From Eubacteriales bacterium (lineage in GTDB: Bacteria; Bacillota; Clostridia; Oscillospirales; CAG-272), in contig JAZRFK010000039.1 in assembly GCA_045661325.1 (NCBI GenBank), forward strand, positions 4,563 to 68,562: a stretch of 64,000 bases of DNA. The letters run 5' to 3'. How positions within the stretch are numbered: position 1 is the stretch's first letter; every line of letters starts with the position of its first letter. A program made the position numbers and the translations under genes. Positions 45,104-55,051 of this stretch are shown here, in pieces. The notes beneath the pieces are model-generated. The model searched no databases, was not told the origin of the DNA, and was given only the letters and a program-made list of their open reading frames with translations.

Positions 45104-46849
45104 ATGAAAAAGCTTTTACTTGGAAACGCCGCCGTTGCGCGCGGCGCATACGAGGCGGGCGTCCGTTTCGTTTCCTCTTATCCCGGAACCCCCAGCACCG
45201 AAATCACCGAGGAAATGGCAAAATTTCCTGCTGAGGACGTTTTCGTTGAGTGGGCTCCCAACGAAAAGGTTGCCGCAGAGGCCGCTATCGGCGCCTCTAT
45301 TGGCGGTGGCCGCGCAATGAGCTGCTGCAAGCACGTTGGCCTCAACGTGATGGCTGACCCCGTTTTTACCGACAGCTATATCGGCGTTGGCGGCGGTCTT
45401 TGCTTCTGCGTGGCAGATGACCCCGGTATGCACTCCTCCCAGAACGAGCAGGACTCCGCCCATTACGCGAGACCTGCCAAGATTCCGATGCTTGAGCCTG
45501 CGGATTCGGCAGAATGCAAGGAGTTCACCAAGCTGGCATTCTCTCTTTCCGAGGAATTCGATACCCCTGTCTTTATCCGTTTGTCCACCCGCATTTCCCA
45601 CTCGCAGAGCATGGTTGAGCTTTGCGAGCGCGAGGAAGCGCCCTTGAAGGACTACGAAAAGAATATCCCCAAGCACGTGATGATGCCTGCTATGGCCATC
45701 AAGCGCCACGTGGTTGTGGAAGAAAGAACCGAGAAGCTGAAGGCCTTTGCCGAAGCCTCCCCTCTCAACACCGTTATCGACAACGGCAGTGAGATTGGCG
45801 TTATCACCGCAGGTATTTCTTATCAATACGCCGTAGAGGCCCTGGGTGAGCGCGTTAACTACTTGAAGCTCGGTATGGTTTATCCTCTGCCCGATGCACT
45901 TTTGAAGAGCTTTGCCGCCTCCTGCAAGAAGGTTTACGTGATTGAGGAGTTAGACCCCTTTATTGAGGAATATCTCCGTGCGCTTGGCGTTACGGTTATC
46001 GGCAAGGAAGCCTTTACCCTTCTGGGCGAGTACACCCCCTCTATGATTCGCGCCGCCGTTTTCGGCGAGGAAAAGTGCGCGCACGAGGTACCCGCAGAGG
46101 CACTTCCTGCCCGTCCTCCCGTTCTTTGCCCCGGCTGCCCGCACCGCGCGACCTTCTACGTTTTGAAGAAGCTCGGTCTGACGGTTTCCGGCGACATCGG
46201 CTGCTACACGCTTGGCGCCGTTGCTCCCTTGGCCTCGGTTGACACCACCATTTGTATGGGCGCCTCCATCAGCGCCGCGCACGGTATGGCAAAGGTCAGA
46301 GGCGCGGAATTTAACAAGAAGCTGGTTTCGGTTATCGGCGACTCGACCTTTATGCACTCGGGTATTACGGGTCTTTCGGACATCGTTTACAACAAGGGTG
46401 CGAACACCGTCATTATTCTCGACAACTCTATCACGGGTATGACCGGCCATCAGGACAACCCCACCACAGGCAAAACCATTCGCGGCGAGGCCACCAAGCA
46501 GGTTGATTTGATTCTGCTTTGCAAGGCACTCGGCATTGATAGCGTTTCCGTTGTTGACCCCTTTGACCTTGCCGCCTTTGAGAAGACGGTGAAGGAGGAG
46601 GTTGCCAAGGACGAGCCCTCCGTTATCATCGCACAGCGCCCCTGTGCGCTTCTGAAATCCGTGAAATACACGGGACATTGCGAAATCAACGACGATTGCC
46701 GCCGCTGCAAGCTCTGTATGAAGCTCGGCTGCCCTGCCATCAGCGTTGATGGGGACGGCAGAATGAAGATTGACACCTCGCTTTGCAACGGATGCGGTCT
46801 TTGCGTTTCCGTTTGCCCCTTCCACGCCATCGAAAAGAAAGAGGACTAA
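45104..46849 (+). CDS. iorA: Indolepyruvate:ferredoxin oxidoreductase alpha subunit
   Basis: CPGCPHRATFY, TPP region GDSTFMHSG, C-terminal CRRCKLCMKLGCP and CNGCGLCVSVCP clusters. Confidence 0.88.
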   Translation: MKKLLLGNAAVARGAYEAGVRFVSSYPGTPSTEITEEMAKFPAEDVFVEWAPNEKVAAEAAIGASIGGGRAMSCCKHVGLNVMADPVFTDSYIGVGGGLCFCVADDPGMHSSQNEQDSAHYARPAKIPMLEPADSAECKEFTKLAFSLSEEFDTPVFIRLSTRISHSQSMVELCEREEAPLKDYEKNIPKHVMMPAMAIKRHVVVEERTEKLKAFAEASPLNTVIDNGSEIGVITAGISYQYAVEALGERVNYLKLGMVYPLPDALLKSFAASCKKVYVIEELDPFIEEYLRALGVTVIGKEAFTLLGEYTPSMIRAAVFGEEKCAHEVPAEALPARPPVLCPGCPHRATFYVLKKLGLTVSGDIGCYTLGAVAPLASVDTTICMGASISAAHGMAKVRGAEFNKKLVSVIGDSTFMHSGITGLSDIVYNKGANTVIILDNSITGMTGHQDNPTTGKTIRGEATKQVDLILLCKALGIDSVSVVDPFDLAAFEKTVKEEVAKDEPSVIIAQRPCALLKSVKYTGHCEINDDCRRCKLCMKLGCPAISVDGDGRMKIDTSLCNGCGLCVSVCPFHAIEKKED

Positions 46850-46864
46850 GAAAGGATTTCTGCT

Positions 46865-47428
46865 ATGAACGTGATGATTGTTGGCGTTGGCGGTCAGGGA
46901 ACCCTGCTTGCCAGCCGCATTTTAGGAAATACCGTTATCGACCTTGGCTATGACGTGAAGGTCTCCGAGGTTCACGGAATGAGCCAAAGAGGCGGAAGCG
47001 TTTGTACCTACGTAAAATTTGGCGAAAAGGTCTATTCTCCCATCATTGACGCGGGAGAGGCAGACATCATTTTGGCCTTTGAGACGCTGGAGGCTTACCG
47101 CGCCCTTCCCTTCTTGAAAAAGGGCGGCAAAATGATTGTAAACAACCAGAGAATCAACCCTATGCCCGTCATTACGGGCGCTGCGACCTATCCCGAAAAC
47201 ATCTTGGAGAAGCTTTCCGCCGTTGCTGACGTTACCTCGCTTGACGCATTGACGCTGGCCGAAGAGGCAGGAAGCGGAAAGGCCGTTAACGTGGTGCTTC
47301 TCGGCGTTCTCGCCAAGAACACCGACATTCCCAAGGAGGCTTGGCTTCGCGCCGTAGAGGCAACCGTTCCTCCGAAGTTTTTAGACGTTAATCGCCGCGC
47401 ATTTACGCTCGGCTATGAGCTTGCATAA
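46865..47428 (+). CDS. iorB: Indolepyruvate:ferredoxin oxidoreductase beta subunit
   Basis: MIVGVGGQGTLLASRILG N-terminus, size, position after iorA. Confidence 0.85.
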   Translation: MNVMIVGVGGQGTLLASRILGNTVIDLGYDVKVSEVHGMSQRGGSVCTYVKFGEKVYSPIIDAGEADIILAFETLEAYRALPFLKKGGKMIVNNQRINPMPVITGAATYPENILEKLSAVADVTSLDALTLAEEAGSGKAVNVVLLGVLAKNTDIPKEAWLRAVEATVPPKFLDVNRRAFTLGYELA

Positions 47429-47467
47429 GGCGCGCCCGAAAGACACTCCTGTAAAAAGGTGATACAT

Positions 47468-48157
47468 ATGGAAAACGAAGCTATTAAAAACAACCGACAC
47501 GAGAAGCTGCTTATTCTGCTTTACATAGCCTTCTCCTTCTTCTTTCTCGGTGCCTTTATCGCACTCTCTATCTTGGTTAAGCCCTTCGCTGATTTTTCTG
47601 CCGCGCATCCGTATCTGATGGGCTTTTTCAAGTTTGCCTTTTTGGCAACAGCGGGCGAGCTGATTTCCTGCCGTATGGCAAGCGGAAAATGGCAAGCGCC
47701 CCCCTATATCATCGCGCGCTATATCATTTGGGGCGTTATCGGTGTTTGGATAACCTATATGATGAAGATGTTTGGCGCCGGCGTTGAGGGAATGATGCTT
47801 GGCGGCTTACTCCCCACGGTTTCGATTCCCTGGCTGCAAGCCTTGCTTCGCGCCTTCTTTATCAGCGCAACGATGAATATCTGCTTTGGCCCCACCTTTA
47901 TGGCCGTGCACAAATGCTCCGATACCTATCTTGCTCTTCGCGCCGATCGCAAGGGGCGCGTTACGCTTGCCGAGGTGATTAAGGCGGTTGATTTTCATCG
48001 CTTCGTTTCCTTTACCCTCTTTAAAACGATTCCTCTCTTTTGGATTCCCGCCCACACGATTACCTTCCTGCTTCCCGCACAATTCCAAGTGATGCTTGCG
48101 GCCTGCCTGTCGATAGCGCTGGGTATCATTTTGAATTTGCGTAGAAAGGATGCATAA
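47468..48157 (+). CDS. Polytopic membrane protein of unknown function inside the aryl-acid operon
   Basis: Several hydrophobic helices; ATG 47468 after AAAGGTG; C-terminal [18 protein letters not shown] segment weakly reminiscent of Mpv17/PMP22-type proteins (unverified). Confidence 0.5.
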   Translation: MENEAIKNNRHEKLLILLYIAFSFFFLGAFIALSILVKPFADFSAAHPYLMGFFKFAFLATAGELISCRMASGKWQAPPYIIARYIIWGVIGVWITYMMKMFGAGVEGMMLGGLLPTVSIPWLQALLRAFFISATMNICFGPTFMAVHKCSDTYLALRADRKGRVTLAEVIKAVDFHRFVSFTLFKTIPLFWIPAHTITFLLPAQFQVMLAACLSIALGIILNLRRKDA

Positions 48158-48159
48158 AA

Positions 48160-49464
48160 ATGAGCGAAAAAAACATTGATTTTCTTCCCAGAGAAGAATT
48201 AGAGGCCTTGCAATTAAAGCGCCTTCAAGAAACCGTTGCCCGCTCCTACGAGAAAGTGGAGTGCTTCCGTCGCCGTATGGACGAGAAGGGTCTCACGCCC
48301 GCCGACGTAAAATCCTTGAAGGATCTTGCCAAGCTTCCCTTTTCCTACAAGCAGGATTTGCGCGACTATTACCCCTACGGCTTGTTTGCCGAGCCCATGG
48401 AAAACGTGATTCGCGTTCACGCCTCCTCCGGCACCACGGGCAAGCGCATCGTGGTTGGTTACACCCAGAATGACCTTGATATGTGGGCAGACACCATTGT
48501 CCGTATGCTGACAGGCCTTGGCGTTACCAAGGAGGACCGCATTCAAGTCAGCTTTGGCTACGGTCTTTTCACGGGCGGCTTCGGTCTGCACTACGGCGCA
48601 GAAAAGCTTGGCGCTTTGGTTATCCCGATGTCCTCGGGCAACACCCCCTTGCAGATTCAGACGATGATTGACTTCGGCGCTACCGTTCTTTGCTGCACCC
48701 CCTCTTACGCCATGTATTTGGCCGAGGAGGTACAGAAGATGGGCGTGAAGGATCAGCTGAAGCTTCGCATCGGTATTTTTGGCGCAGAGCCCTGGTCTGA
48801 AAATATGCGCGCAAAAATCGAAGAGTCCTTGGGCATCAAGGCTTACGATATTTACGGTCTTTCCGAGGTGCTTGGCCCCGGTGTTTCGGGAGAATGCACC
48901 GCACAGAAGGGCATGCACATTCGCGAGGACAACTTTATTGCCGAGATTATTGACCCTGACACCGAGGAGGTTTTGCCTTGGGGCAGCACGGGTGAGCTTG
49001 TTTTCACCTCCATCACCAAGGAAGCCTTCCCTGTTATCCGCTATCGCACCCGAGACATATGCCGCCTGATTCCCGAGCCCTGCCCCTGCGGAAGAACGCA
49101 CGTTCGTATGGACAAGCCCCAGGGCCGTACCGACGATATGATGATCATTCGCGGTGTTAACGTCTTCCCCTCCCAGATTGAAGAGGTGCTTTTGCGCGTT
49201 TGCGGTGACAAGATTACCCCCAACTATCAAATCGTGCTTGACCGCGTTAATCACAATGACACCTTCGACGTGAACGTGGAAATGAGCCCCTCCTTCTTCA
49301 CGGACGATATCAAGTCTATTGAAAAGCTTGAGCGCACCATCGTGGAGAGCCTGCGCTCTGCGCTTGGCATCGGGGCAAAGGTGCATCTGGTTAATCCGCA
49401 ATCCATCGTTCGCAGCGAGGGCAAGGCAAAGCGCGTTCTCGATTTGCGTAAGGGTAAAATTTAA
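48160..49464 (+). CDS. paaK: Phenylacetate--CoA ligase
   Basis: [41 protein letters not shown] and overall PaaK layout, 434 aa. Confidence 0.88.
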   Translation: MSEKNIDFLPREELEALQLKRLQETVARSYEKVECFRRRMDEKGLTPADVKSLKDLAKLPFSYKQDLRDYYPYGLFAEPMENVIRVHASSGTTGKRIVVGYTQNDLDMWADTIVRMLTGLGVTKEDRIQVSFGYGLFTGGFGLHYGAEKLGALVIPMSSGNTPLQIQTMIDFGATVLCCTPSYAMYLAEEVQKMGVKDQLKLRIGIFGAEPWSENMRAKIEESLGIKAYDIYGLSEVLGPGVSGECTAQKGMHIREDNFIAEIIDPDTEEVLPWGSTGELVFTSITKEAFPVIRYRTRDICRLIPEPCPCGRTHVRMDKPQGRTDDMMIIRGVNVFPSQIEEVLLRVCGDKITPNYQIVLDRVNHNDTFDVNVEMSPSFFTDDIKSIEKLERTIVESLRSALGIGAKVHLVNPQSIVRSEGKAKRVLDLRKGKI

Positions 49465-49491
49465 TTTGGCTTTTACGAAGGGAGATACAGT

Positions 49492-49923
49492 ATGCTTATC
49501 AAACAGCTTTCGGTATTTTTGGAAAACAAAACGGGATGTCTGCACGCGGCACTCAACACGCTTGCCGCACATAACGTGAACATCAGTGCTCTCTCCTTGG
49601 CAGACACCACCGATTTCGGTATTTTGCGCCTCATCGTTGACGAGCCCGAAACGGCCAAGACCGTGTTGGCCGAGATGGGCGTTGTCGTTCTTCTGAGCGA
49701 CGTTCTCGCCGTTGCGATGGACGACGTTCCCGGCGGCATGGCCGAGCTTCTGCACCAGATTGCCGCGGAGGGACTCAACATCGAATATATGTACGCCTGT
49801 GTTGGCCGCACCAGCGGAAAGGCGCTGACGGTGATGCGTCTTGATGACAACGAAAAGGGCGAGGCCTTGATTCAGCGCGGCAAGCACGGACAGGTCAATC
49901 CCGCCGATATTTATCGTATTTAA
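49492..49923 (+). CDS. ACT-domain protein
   Basis: MLIKQLSVFLENKTGCLHAALNTLAAHNVNISALSLADTTDFGILRLIV, tandem ACT-like halves. Confidence 0.75.
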   Translation: MLIKQLSVFLENKTGCLHAALNTLAAHNVNISALSLADTTDFGILRLIVDEPETAKTVLAEMGVVVLLSDVLAVAMDDVPGGMAELLHQIAAEGLNIEYMYACVGRTSGKALTVMRLDDNEKGEALIQRGKHGQVNPADIYRI

Positions 49924-49965
49924 TTGAGAAAAAGGGGATTTTCCCTTTCAGAAAAGGAACAGCAT

Positions 49966-51156
49966 ATGGAATTTTCAATTTCGAACAGAATGAAATCGAT
50001 GCGCGGCTCTGCCATTCGTGAAATCTTTAAATATGCCGCAGACCCCTCGGTTATTTCTTTGGCAGGCGGAAATCCTGCCCCTGAGCTTTTCCCCAACGAA
50101 GCCTTGGCAAAGATTGCCGAGCGCTTCTTGCGCGAGGAGCCCGTTCTTTCCCTGCAATACGGCATTACGGAGGGCTATATGCCCCTGCGCCAGTACGTCA
50201 AGGAACGCTTGGCAAGGGTTGAGGGCATTCACCGCGAGGGTGACGAGACCATCATCGTTTCGGGCGCCCAGCAGGGCATTGAGCTTTTGGCTAAAACCCT
50301 GCTCAACGAGGGCGATGTTGTTATCGTGGAGGAGCCGAGCTTTATCGGCGCCACCAACGCCTTCCGCTCCTACGGTGCCAAGCTGGTTGGCGTTCCTGTG
50401 GAAGAGGACGGCATGAACGTTGACGCCTTGGAGAAGGTTTTGGCGACCTATCCCGAAGCGAAGCTGATTTACACCATTCCCACCTTCCAGAACCCCACGG
50501 GTACCACGATGTCTCTTGAAAAGCGCAAACAGGTTTACGCGCTTGCCAAGAAGCACGGTGTGCCGATTTTGGAGGACAATCCCTACGGCGACCTTTGCTT
50601 TGATGGGCGCCGCTTCCCCACCATCAAGTCGATGGACACGGAGGGGCTGGTCATTTACAGCGGCTCCTTCTCTAAGATTTTGGCCCCCGGCATCCGCGTT
50701 GGCTTTTTGACGGGTGACGCCGCTTTGATTCAAAAAATCGTCGTTGCCAAGCAGATTTCCGACGTGCATACCCCGATGCTGACCCAGCTGATGTGTCACA
50801 CCTATCTGACCGAGAACGATTTGGAGGCAGACATTGCCAAGACTCGTTTGAATTACGCCCACAAATCCAAGACCATGATGGATGCTATGGAGACCTATTT
50901 CCCCAAGGATTTGCGCTTCATTCGTCCTTTGGGCGGTCTTTTCATCTGGTGCGATTTGGGTCACGGAGTTGACACCCTGGCGCTTTCCAAGGCCGCTATC
51001 GCAGAAAAGGTGGTTTACGTGCCCGGCAACACCTTTATGGTGGATATGGACACCGTTTGCTCCACCTTGCGCCTGAACTACTCTACCTCCTCTGACGAAA
51101 AAATCGAAGAGGGCATTCGCCGCTTGGGCAAGGTTTTTGCCGAGGCTTTGCGATAA
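49966..51156 (+). CDS. PLP-dependent class I/II aminotransferase (aromatic/2-aminoadipate type)
   Basis: MRGSAIREIF N-terminus, LAGGNPAPELFP, PLP-lysine motif SGSFSKILAPGIRVGF; ATG 49966 preferred over TTG 49924. Confidence 0.8.
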   Translation: MEFSISNRMKSMRGSAIREIFKYAADPSVISLAGGNPAPELFPNEALAKIAERFLREEPVLSLQYGITEGYMPLRQYVKERLARVEGIHREGDETIIVSGAQQGIELLAKTLLNEGDVVIVEEPSFIGATNAFRSYGAKLVGVPVEEDGMNVDALEKVLATYPEAKLIYTIPTFQNPTGTTMSLEKRKQVYALAKKHGVPILEDNPYGDLCFDGRRFPTIKSMDTEGLVIYSGSFSKILAPGIRVGFLTGDAALIQKIVVAKQISDVHTPMLTQLMCHTYLTENDLEADIAKTRLNYAHKSKTMMDAMETYFPKDLRFIRPLGGLFIWCDLGHGVDTLALSKAAIAEKVVYVPGNTFMVDMDTVCSTLRLNYSTSSDEKIEEGIRRLGKVFAEALR

Positions 51157-51176
51157 GCACCCATAAATGACACGAT

Positions 51177-51227
51177 AAAAGAGCAAGAGATAGAAGGATT
51201 TTTTCCTTTTACTCTTGCTCTTTTTTT
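51177..51227. terminator. Bidirectional terminator
   Basis: AGAGCAAGAG / CTCTTGCTCT outer stem with inner AAGGA/TCCTT stem, followed by T7. Confidence 0.75.
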
Positions 51228-53061
51228 ATGAATAGCGCGCAAAGGGGCGCTTTTTCCTATCGGCCCTTTGTCTTTTTCTCTTCTTTTTACTTTCACCGTC
51301 AAAGAGTGCCTCGGTGATTTCCTCGGTCAAGCGAAGGAGGCCCTCTTCCCCGCTTTCTCCGTCAACAAAGGCACATTCCCGCTTTTTGACAATGCGGTGA
51401 TTTTCCTCGTCATAATCCAACACACAAAAGGAGAGGTGCTTTCCCGTTTTTTTACAGTACATTTTATCCAAAAGCAAAAAGCCGTTATAAATTTTTTGAT
51501 TGCTTTTATCGGTTAAGGCATAATCGACATCGGCAAAGACCGTGACGCTTTCGCCCTTTTCCAAGCAAGAAAGGGCCTTTCTTAAACAGGAGATGCTTCG
51601 CATATCCTTGCCACGATATACGGCAATCATTTTCATGGATCGCAATAGGGGCGGCACAACGAGGGCGGCGAAAAAGGCGGCTACCGTACCGAAAATGCGG
51701 CGTAGGCGGCTTTCAGAATAGCGCGCGGTGAAGGTGTAATCCTTATACTGCTTAAAGCAGGTGGAAAAGCGGAAGAAGCAATCAAGCCCGAAAAAGTGGG
51801 TGTCAAAGGGCATAAAGGCCGCAAGGGTAACGGGGCCGTGCATATTGAGGTGACGCGAGACGTAAACGGTTGGCGCCTCGGGCGGAAAAAGGTTGGCCTT
51901 GTACTGCTTTAAAAAGGGGCGAACGAGAAAGCGCGCAACGCAAAAGAACGGCCCGTAGAACGCATATTTTTTGCTTTGCTTTGGCGCGAAAACCCATCTT
52001 TTCTGAATATGGTAGGAAAAAAAGGCGAGGGCAAGGTCGACAAGACCCTTGGCAAGCGACAGCCATAGCCCCGTTGGAATAAAGCGGCCAAGAAGAAGCG
52101 TAAGTCCGTAGGAAACGGAAAGCTGCACAGTCCAAAGAATATAATACCGCAAGAGCGATTTTTTCCCTTCGCCGCGAAAAGCCAAGCGGTTGCCGAGAAA
52201 ATTGACAACGGAGGAGGAAATTCTCGCCAATAGCGCGGCCCAAAGCAAGCAAAGCGCCTCCGGTATGCCCACAAAGACGAAGCGAGAGAAAAGATAAAAG
52301 AGGAAAACGTCCAAAAGGGCAGAAACAACGGAGGAAAGAAAATAGATTCCGAAGCTTGAAAAAAAGACGCCCAACACGTCCAAGGAATCCCGAAGCGGTC
52401 TGAAATGAGAGACCCTTCCCTCTCCTTCTCTTCTTTCGCGATAAACCGTTTCTATCTCCACCTGATGCAATAGGAAGCCCTTTTCGTGCAAATGCAGAAG
52501 CACGCGCGTTTCATAGGCAAACCGATTTCCCTCCACCTCTAAAAGATACGGCAAAAGAGCGTGCGAAAAGCCGCGCAGCCCCGTTTGCGTATCGGCAAGA
52601 GAGATGCCGCAGAAGCGTTCCAGTATTTTTATCATAGCGGTGTTGCCAAGGCGACTTCTTCGGGGAACGGACGCCCCCTTAAAATCGCGCACACCCAACA
52701 CCAAGGCGAAGGGGTGGGCCTTGACGGCGTTGAGCACGCGAAAGACATCCTTCACCCTATGCTGCCCATCACAGTCGGCAACGGCATAGAGCGTATTCTC
52801 GCCATTTTCCGCCAAGGAGAAGCGAAAGGCGCTTTTCAGCGCTGCGCCCTTTCCCTTGTTTTCGTTATGCGTCAAAACCGTTGTTCTCGGCAACGAGGAG
52901 ACGGCGGAAAAGACGGCGACGTATTCTTCACCACTTCCATCATCCACCACCAAAAGCGAGACCTCCTTTTTGGCAAGCAGCTCGCGCGCGTACGAAACGA
53001 AGGCCTTGGGCGGCTGATACGCAGGAATGATAATGACAACCTTTTGTTTTTCGCAATCCAT
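51226..53061 (-). CDS. Three-part fusion: family-2 glycosyltransferase + GtrA-like membrane domain + divergent PlsC-like acyltransferase domain
   Basis: N-terminus IIIPAYQPPKAF...VVDDGSGEEY (GT2); middle four helices with SSVVNFLGNRLAFRG (GtrA-like); C-terminal third YVSRHLNMHGPVT... resembles lysophospholipid acyltransferases only loosely. Confidence 0.65.
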   Translation of the reverse strand: MDCEKQKVVIIIPAYQPPKAFVSYARELLAKKEVSLLVVDDGSGEEYVAVFSAVSSLPRTTVLTHNENKGKGAALKSAFRFSLAENGENTLYAVADCDGQHRVKDVFRVLNAVKAHPFALVLGVRDFKGASVPRRSRLGNTAMIKILERFCGISLADTQTGLRGFSHALLPYLLEVEGNRFAYETRVLLHLHEKGFLLHQVEIETVYRERREGEGRVSHFRPLRDSLDVLGVFFSSFGIYFLSSVVSALLDVFLFYLFSRFVFVGIPEALCLLWAALLARISSSVVNFLGNRLAFRGEGKKSLLRYYILWTVQLSVSYGLTLLLGRFIPTGLWLSLAKGLVDLALAFFSYHIQKRWVFAPKQSKKYAFYGPFFCVARFLVRPFLKQYKANLFPPEAPTVYVSRHLNMHGPVTLAAFMPFDTHFFGLDCFFRFSTCFKQYKDYTFTARYSESRLRRIFGTVAAFFAALVVPPLLRSMKMIAVYRGKDMRSISCLRKALSCLEKGESVTVFADVDYALTDKSNQKIYNGFLLLDKMYCKKTGKHLSFCVLDYDEENHRIVKKRECAFVDGESGEEGLLRLTEEITEALFDGESKKKRKRQRADRKKRPFARYS

Positions 53062-53327
53062 AAAAAAAGAATCCTTTCAAAAAGCGTTTCAAATTATCAA
53101 AAAAAGCCCTTTTCGACACCATTCGACAAAGGACTCTCTCAAAGGATACCGCAAGGGAGTCTAAGCAAAGGTGAACAAAAAGGGCTTTAAGCTACTGTAT
53201 TTCTTATTGTAGACCTTAAAGTTCATTATTCCCTCAACAAAGCCTAAACGATTTGTAAACTCGTTCCCCTATTTTTTTCCTTTTTCTTTGTTTTTCGCTT
53301 TTTTTCCTTCTTTTTGGTTCTATTCGA

Positions 53328-53362
53328 CAAAAAAGCAGAGACGGCAAGCGTCTCTGCTTTTC
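53328..53362 (-). terminator. Terminator after EEP gene
   Basis: Minus strand AAGCAGAGACG-CTTGC-CGTCTCTGCTT followed by TTTTGT. Confidence 0.8.
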
Positions 53363-53380
53363 AAGCATATAAGGATAGCA

Positions 53381-54241
53381 TTACAGCACAAGGTCGACAA
53401 ACACGGGGGAATGATCGGATATGGGAAGGTAATATTCGGGAGAATAACGCTCAAAGCGCTTAACGGCCTTATCGGCAAGACCTCTTACCAGAATATGATC
53501 AATGGCCGTTTCAAAGGGGGCGTCCGAATACCTTTCCACATATCCCCAGGGGAAGCAATCGTGATAGCCCACCGTTTCATCCACGTACTCACAGGCAACA
53601 TCGTGCGCGTGCAAAAAGCCGCAAGCAAACAAGGTCTCTACCGCCGCAGAGTTATACCCCGTATTCAAGTCACCAAGCAGGACACACGGCGCGTTATACT
53701 TCTCGCAAAGGGCAGTAACGGTCTCTGCCAAAAGCCCTGCTTGATATGCTCTTGCCTCGTCCGAGCCTGCCAGATACCAGGCCTTATTGGCAATATTGGG
53801 GTCTGCGGATTTCCACCACAAATGCGTGTTAGCAAACACGAGCTTCTTTCCCGTCGGCTTATCCAGAAGGATAGCGGCGTGAGCGGCCTTACTGCCAAGG
53901 TCATTAAAGCTTCCTTCAAGCCCCTCTATGTACTCGGGGTAAGGGAAAAAGACGGATTCCAACAGTTTAAATCTCGCAGTTTTGTAAAAAATCGGGGTAT
54001 AGCAGCCGGGAATAGCGGCATACCCCATCGCGTCACCCAAGGCATCTGCACGCAGCAAATCAAAAATATAATTGGAGACCTCCTGGCAACCGATAACATC
54101 GGGAGAAAGCTCGCGCCAGGTACGCAAAATTCCCTTCATACGCACATCGGCCGAGCAATCCTTGCCTATTTTTTCCCATTCGGGTGCATTACCGTCGCGA
54201 TTCCAAACGTTGTGCGACATCAATCGTATTCGTTGTTCCAT
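53381..54241 (-). CDS. Endonuclease/exonuclease/phosphatase (EEP) family protein
   Basis: LMSHNVWNRD near the N-terminus and SDHSPVFVDL at the C-terminus; ATG 54241 after GGAG preferred over TTG 54280. Confidence 0.8.
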   Translation of the reverse strand: MEQRIRLMSHNVWNRDGNAPEWEKIGKDCSADVRMKGILRTWRELSPDVIGCQEVSNYIFDLLRADALGDAMGYAAIPGCYTPIFYKTARFKLLESVFFPYPEYIEGLEGSFNDLGSKAAHAAILLDKPTGKKLVFANTHLWWKSADPNIANKAWYLAGSDEARAYQAGLLAETVTALCEKYNAPCVLLGDLNTGYNSAAVETLFACGFLHAHDVACEYVDETVGYHDCFPWGYVERYSDAPFETAIDHILVRGLADKAVKRFERYSPEYYLPISDHSPVFVDLVL

Positions 54242-54289
54242 TTTTTCGCTCCACTTTTGTTTTTGTTGTTTTTCACCCAAGCGCCCGTA

Positions 54290-55051
54290 TCAATCAAAGG
54301 CAAAAGCAAAATAAGAGGGGGGCAAGATGCTTTCCTTACCCAGAGGATACCACATCGTAAAGGGGCGCTCTTTTCCCTGCGTGCGAAAAAGCCCCTCCTT
54401 GCATCCCAATGCCGCCACAACGGCAGGGGTCTTTTCATAATCGCCCAAAAGCTCCGCGCAAAAAAGGCGCTCGCCCTCCTTTCGCGCCGCCAAAAGAACG
54501 CCCTCGCCCTCGTAGAATGCGGCTTGGGTCTCTAAAAAGCGCAAGCCTGCCCCTTCCTCCCAAACGCTTCCCTCCGGCAAAAGCGCCCGTCTTTTCTCGG
54601 CGTACTCGCAAACGCTCAAGGGGCGAAGGGCGAGAGGCGCTTGGGCGGCTTGACAACGCTGCTCACGAATATAGGTTGCCGTTTGATAGCCGAGCTTCTC
54701 GTAAAAGCCAAAGAGGTTGGCCTCACTCGGTACCAGAAGAGCCCCTTTATAGCCAAGCATTTCCAAATGCCGATGGGTATTCTCCATCAAGGCGCGGCAA
54801 AGGCCCTGCCCCCTGTACGCCTTTGCCGTGGCAATGGCATAAAGATAGGCAATTTTTTGACCGCGACAGGAGGCATCAAACCAATAAAGCGCTGCGGCAA
54901 TTCTGCCATCCACCGTAACGCAACGGCAACGCGAGGGGGAGAAGGCCACACGCCAAAAAAGGTCTAAAAACGCATCTTTATCTCCAAAGGCCTCCTTCCA
55001 CAAAGCGCGAAGGCCAAGGGTGTTCTCTTTTTTCGGCGCATCAATATTCAT
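54290..55051 (-). CDS. GNAT-family N-acetyltransferase
   Basis: YRGQGLCRALMENTHRHLEMLGYKGALL acetyl-CoA binding segment; ATG 55051 overlaps the upstream gene by 11 nt. Confidence 0.75.
   Translation of the reverse strand: MNIDAPKKENTLGLRALWKEAFGDKDAFLDLFWRVAFSPSRCRCVTVDGRIAAALYWFDASCRGQKIAYLYAIATAKAYRGQGLCRALMENTHRHLEMLGYKGALLVPSEANLFGFYEKLGYQTATYIREQRCQAAQAPLALRPLSVCEYAEKRRALLPEGSVWEEGAGLRFLETQAAFYEGEGVLLAARKEGERLFCAELLGDYEKTPAVVAALGCKEGLFRTQGKERPFTMWYPLGKESILPPSYFAFAFD

Noticed and set aside
48214-51186. 557-aa and 403-aa ORFs on the minus strand
   Set aside because: They are antisense to paaK/ACT and to the aminotransferase. No motifs. Shadow ORFs.
53288-54535. 415-aa ORF on the plus strand
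   Set aside because: It is antisense to the EEP and GNAT genes and crosses a terminator.
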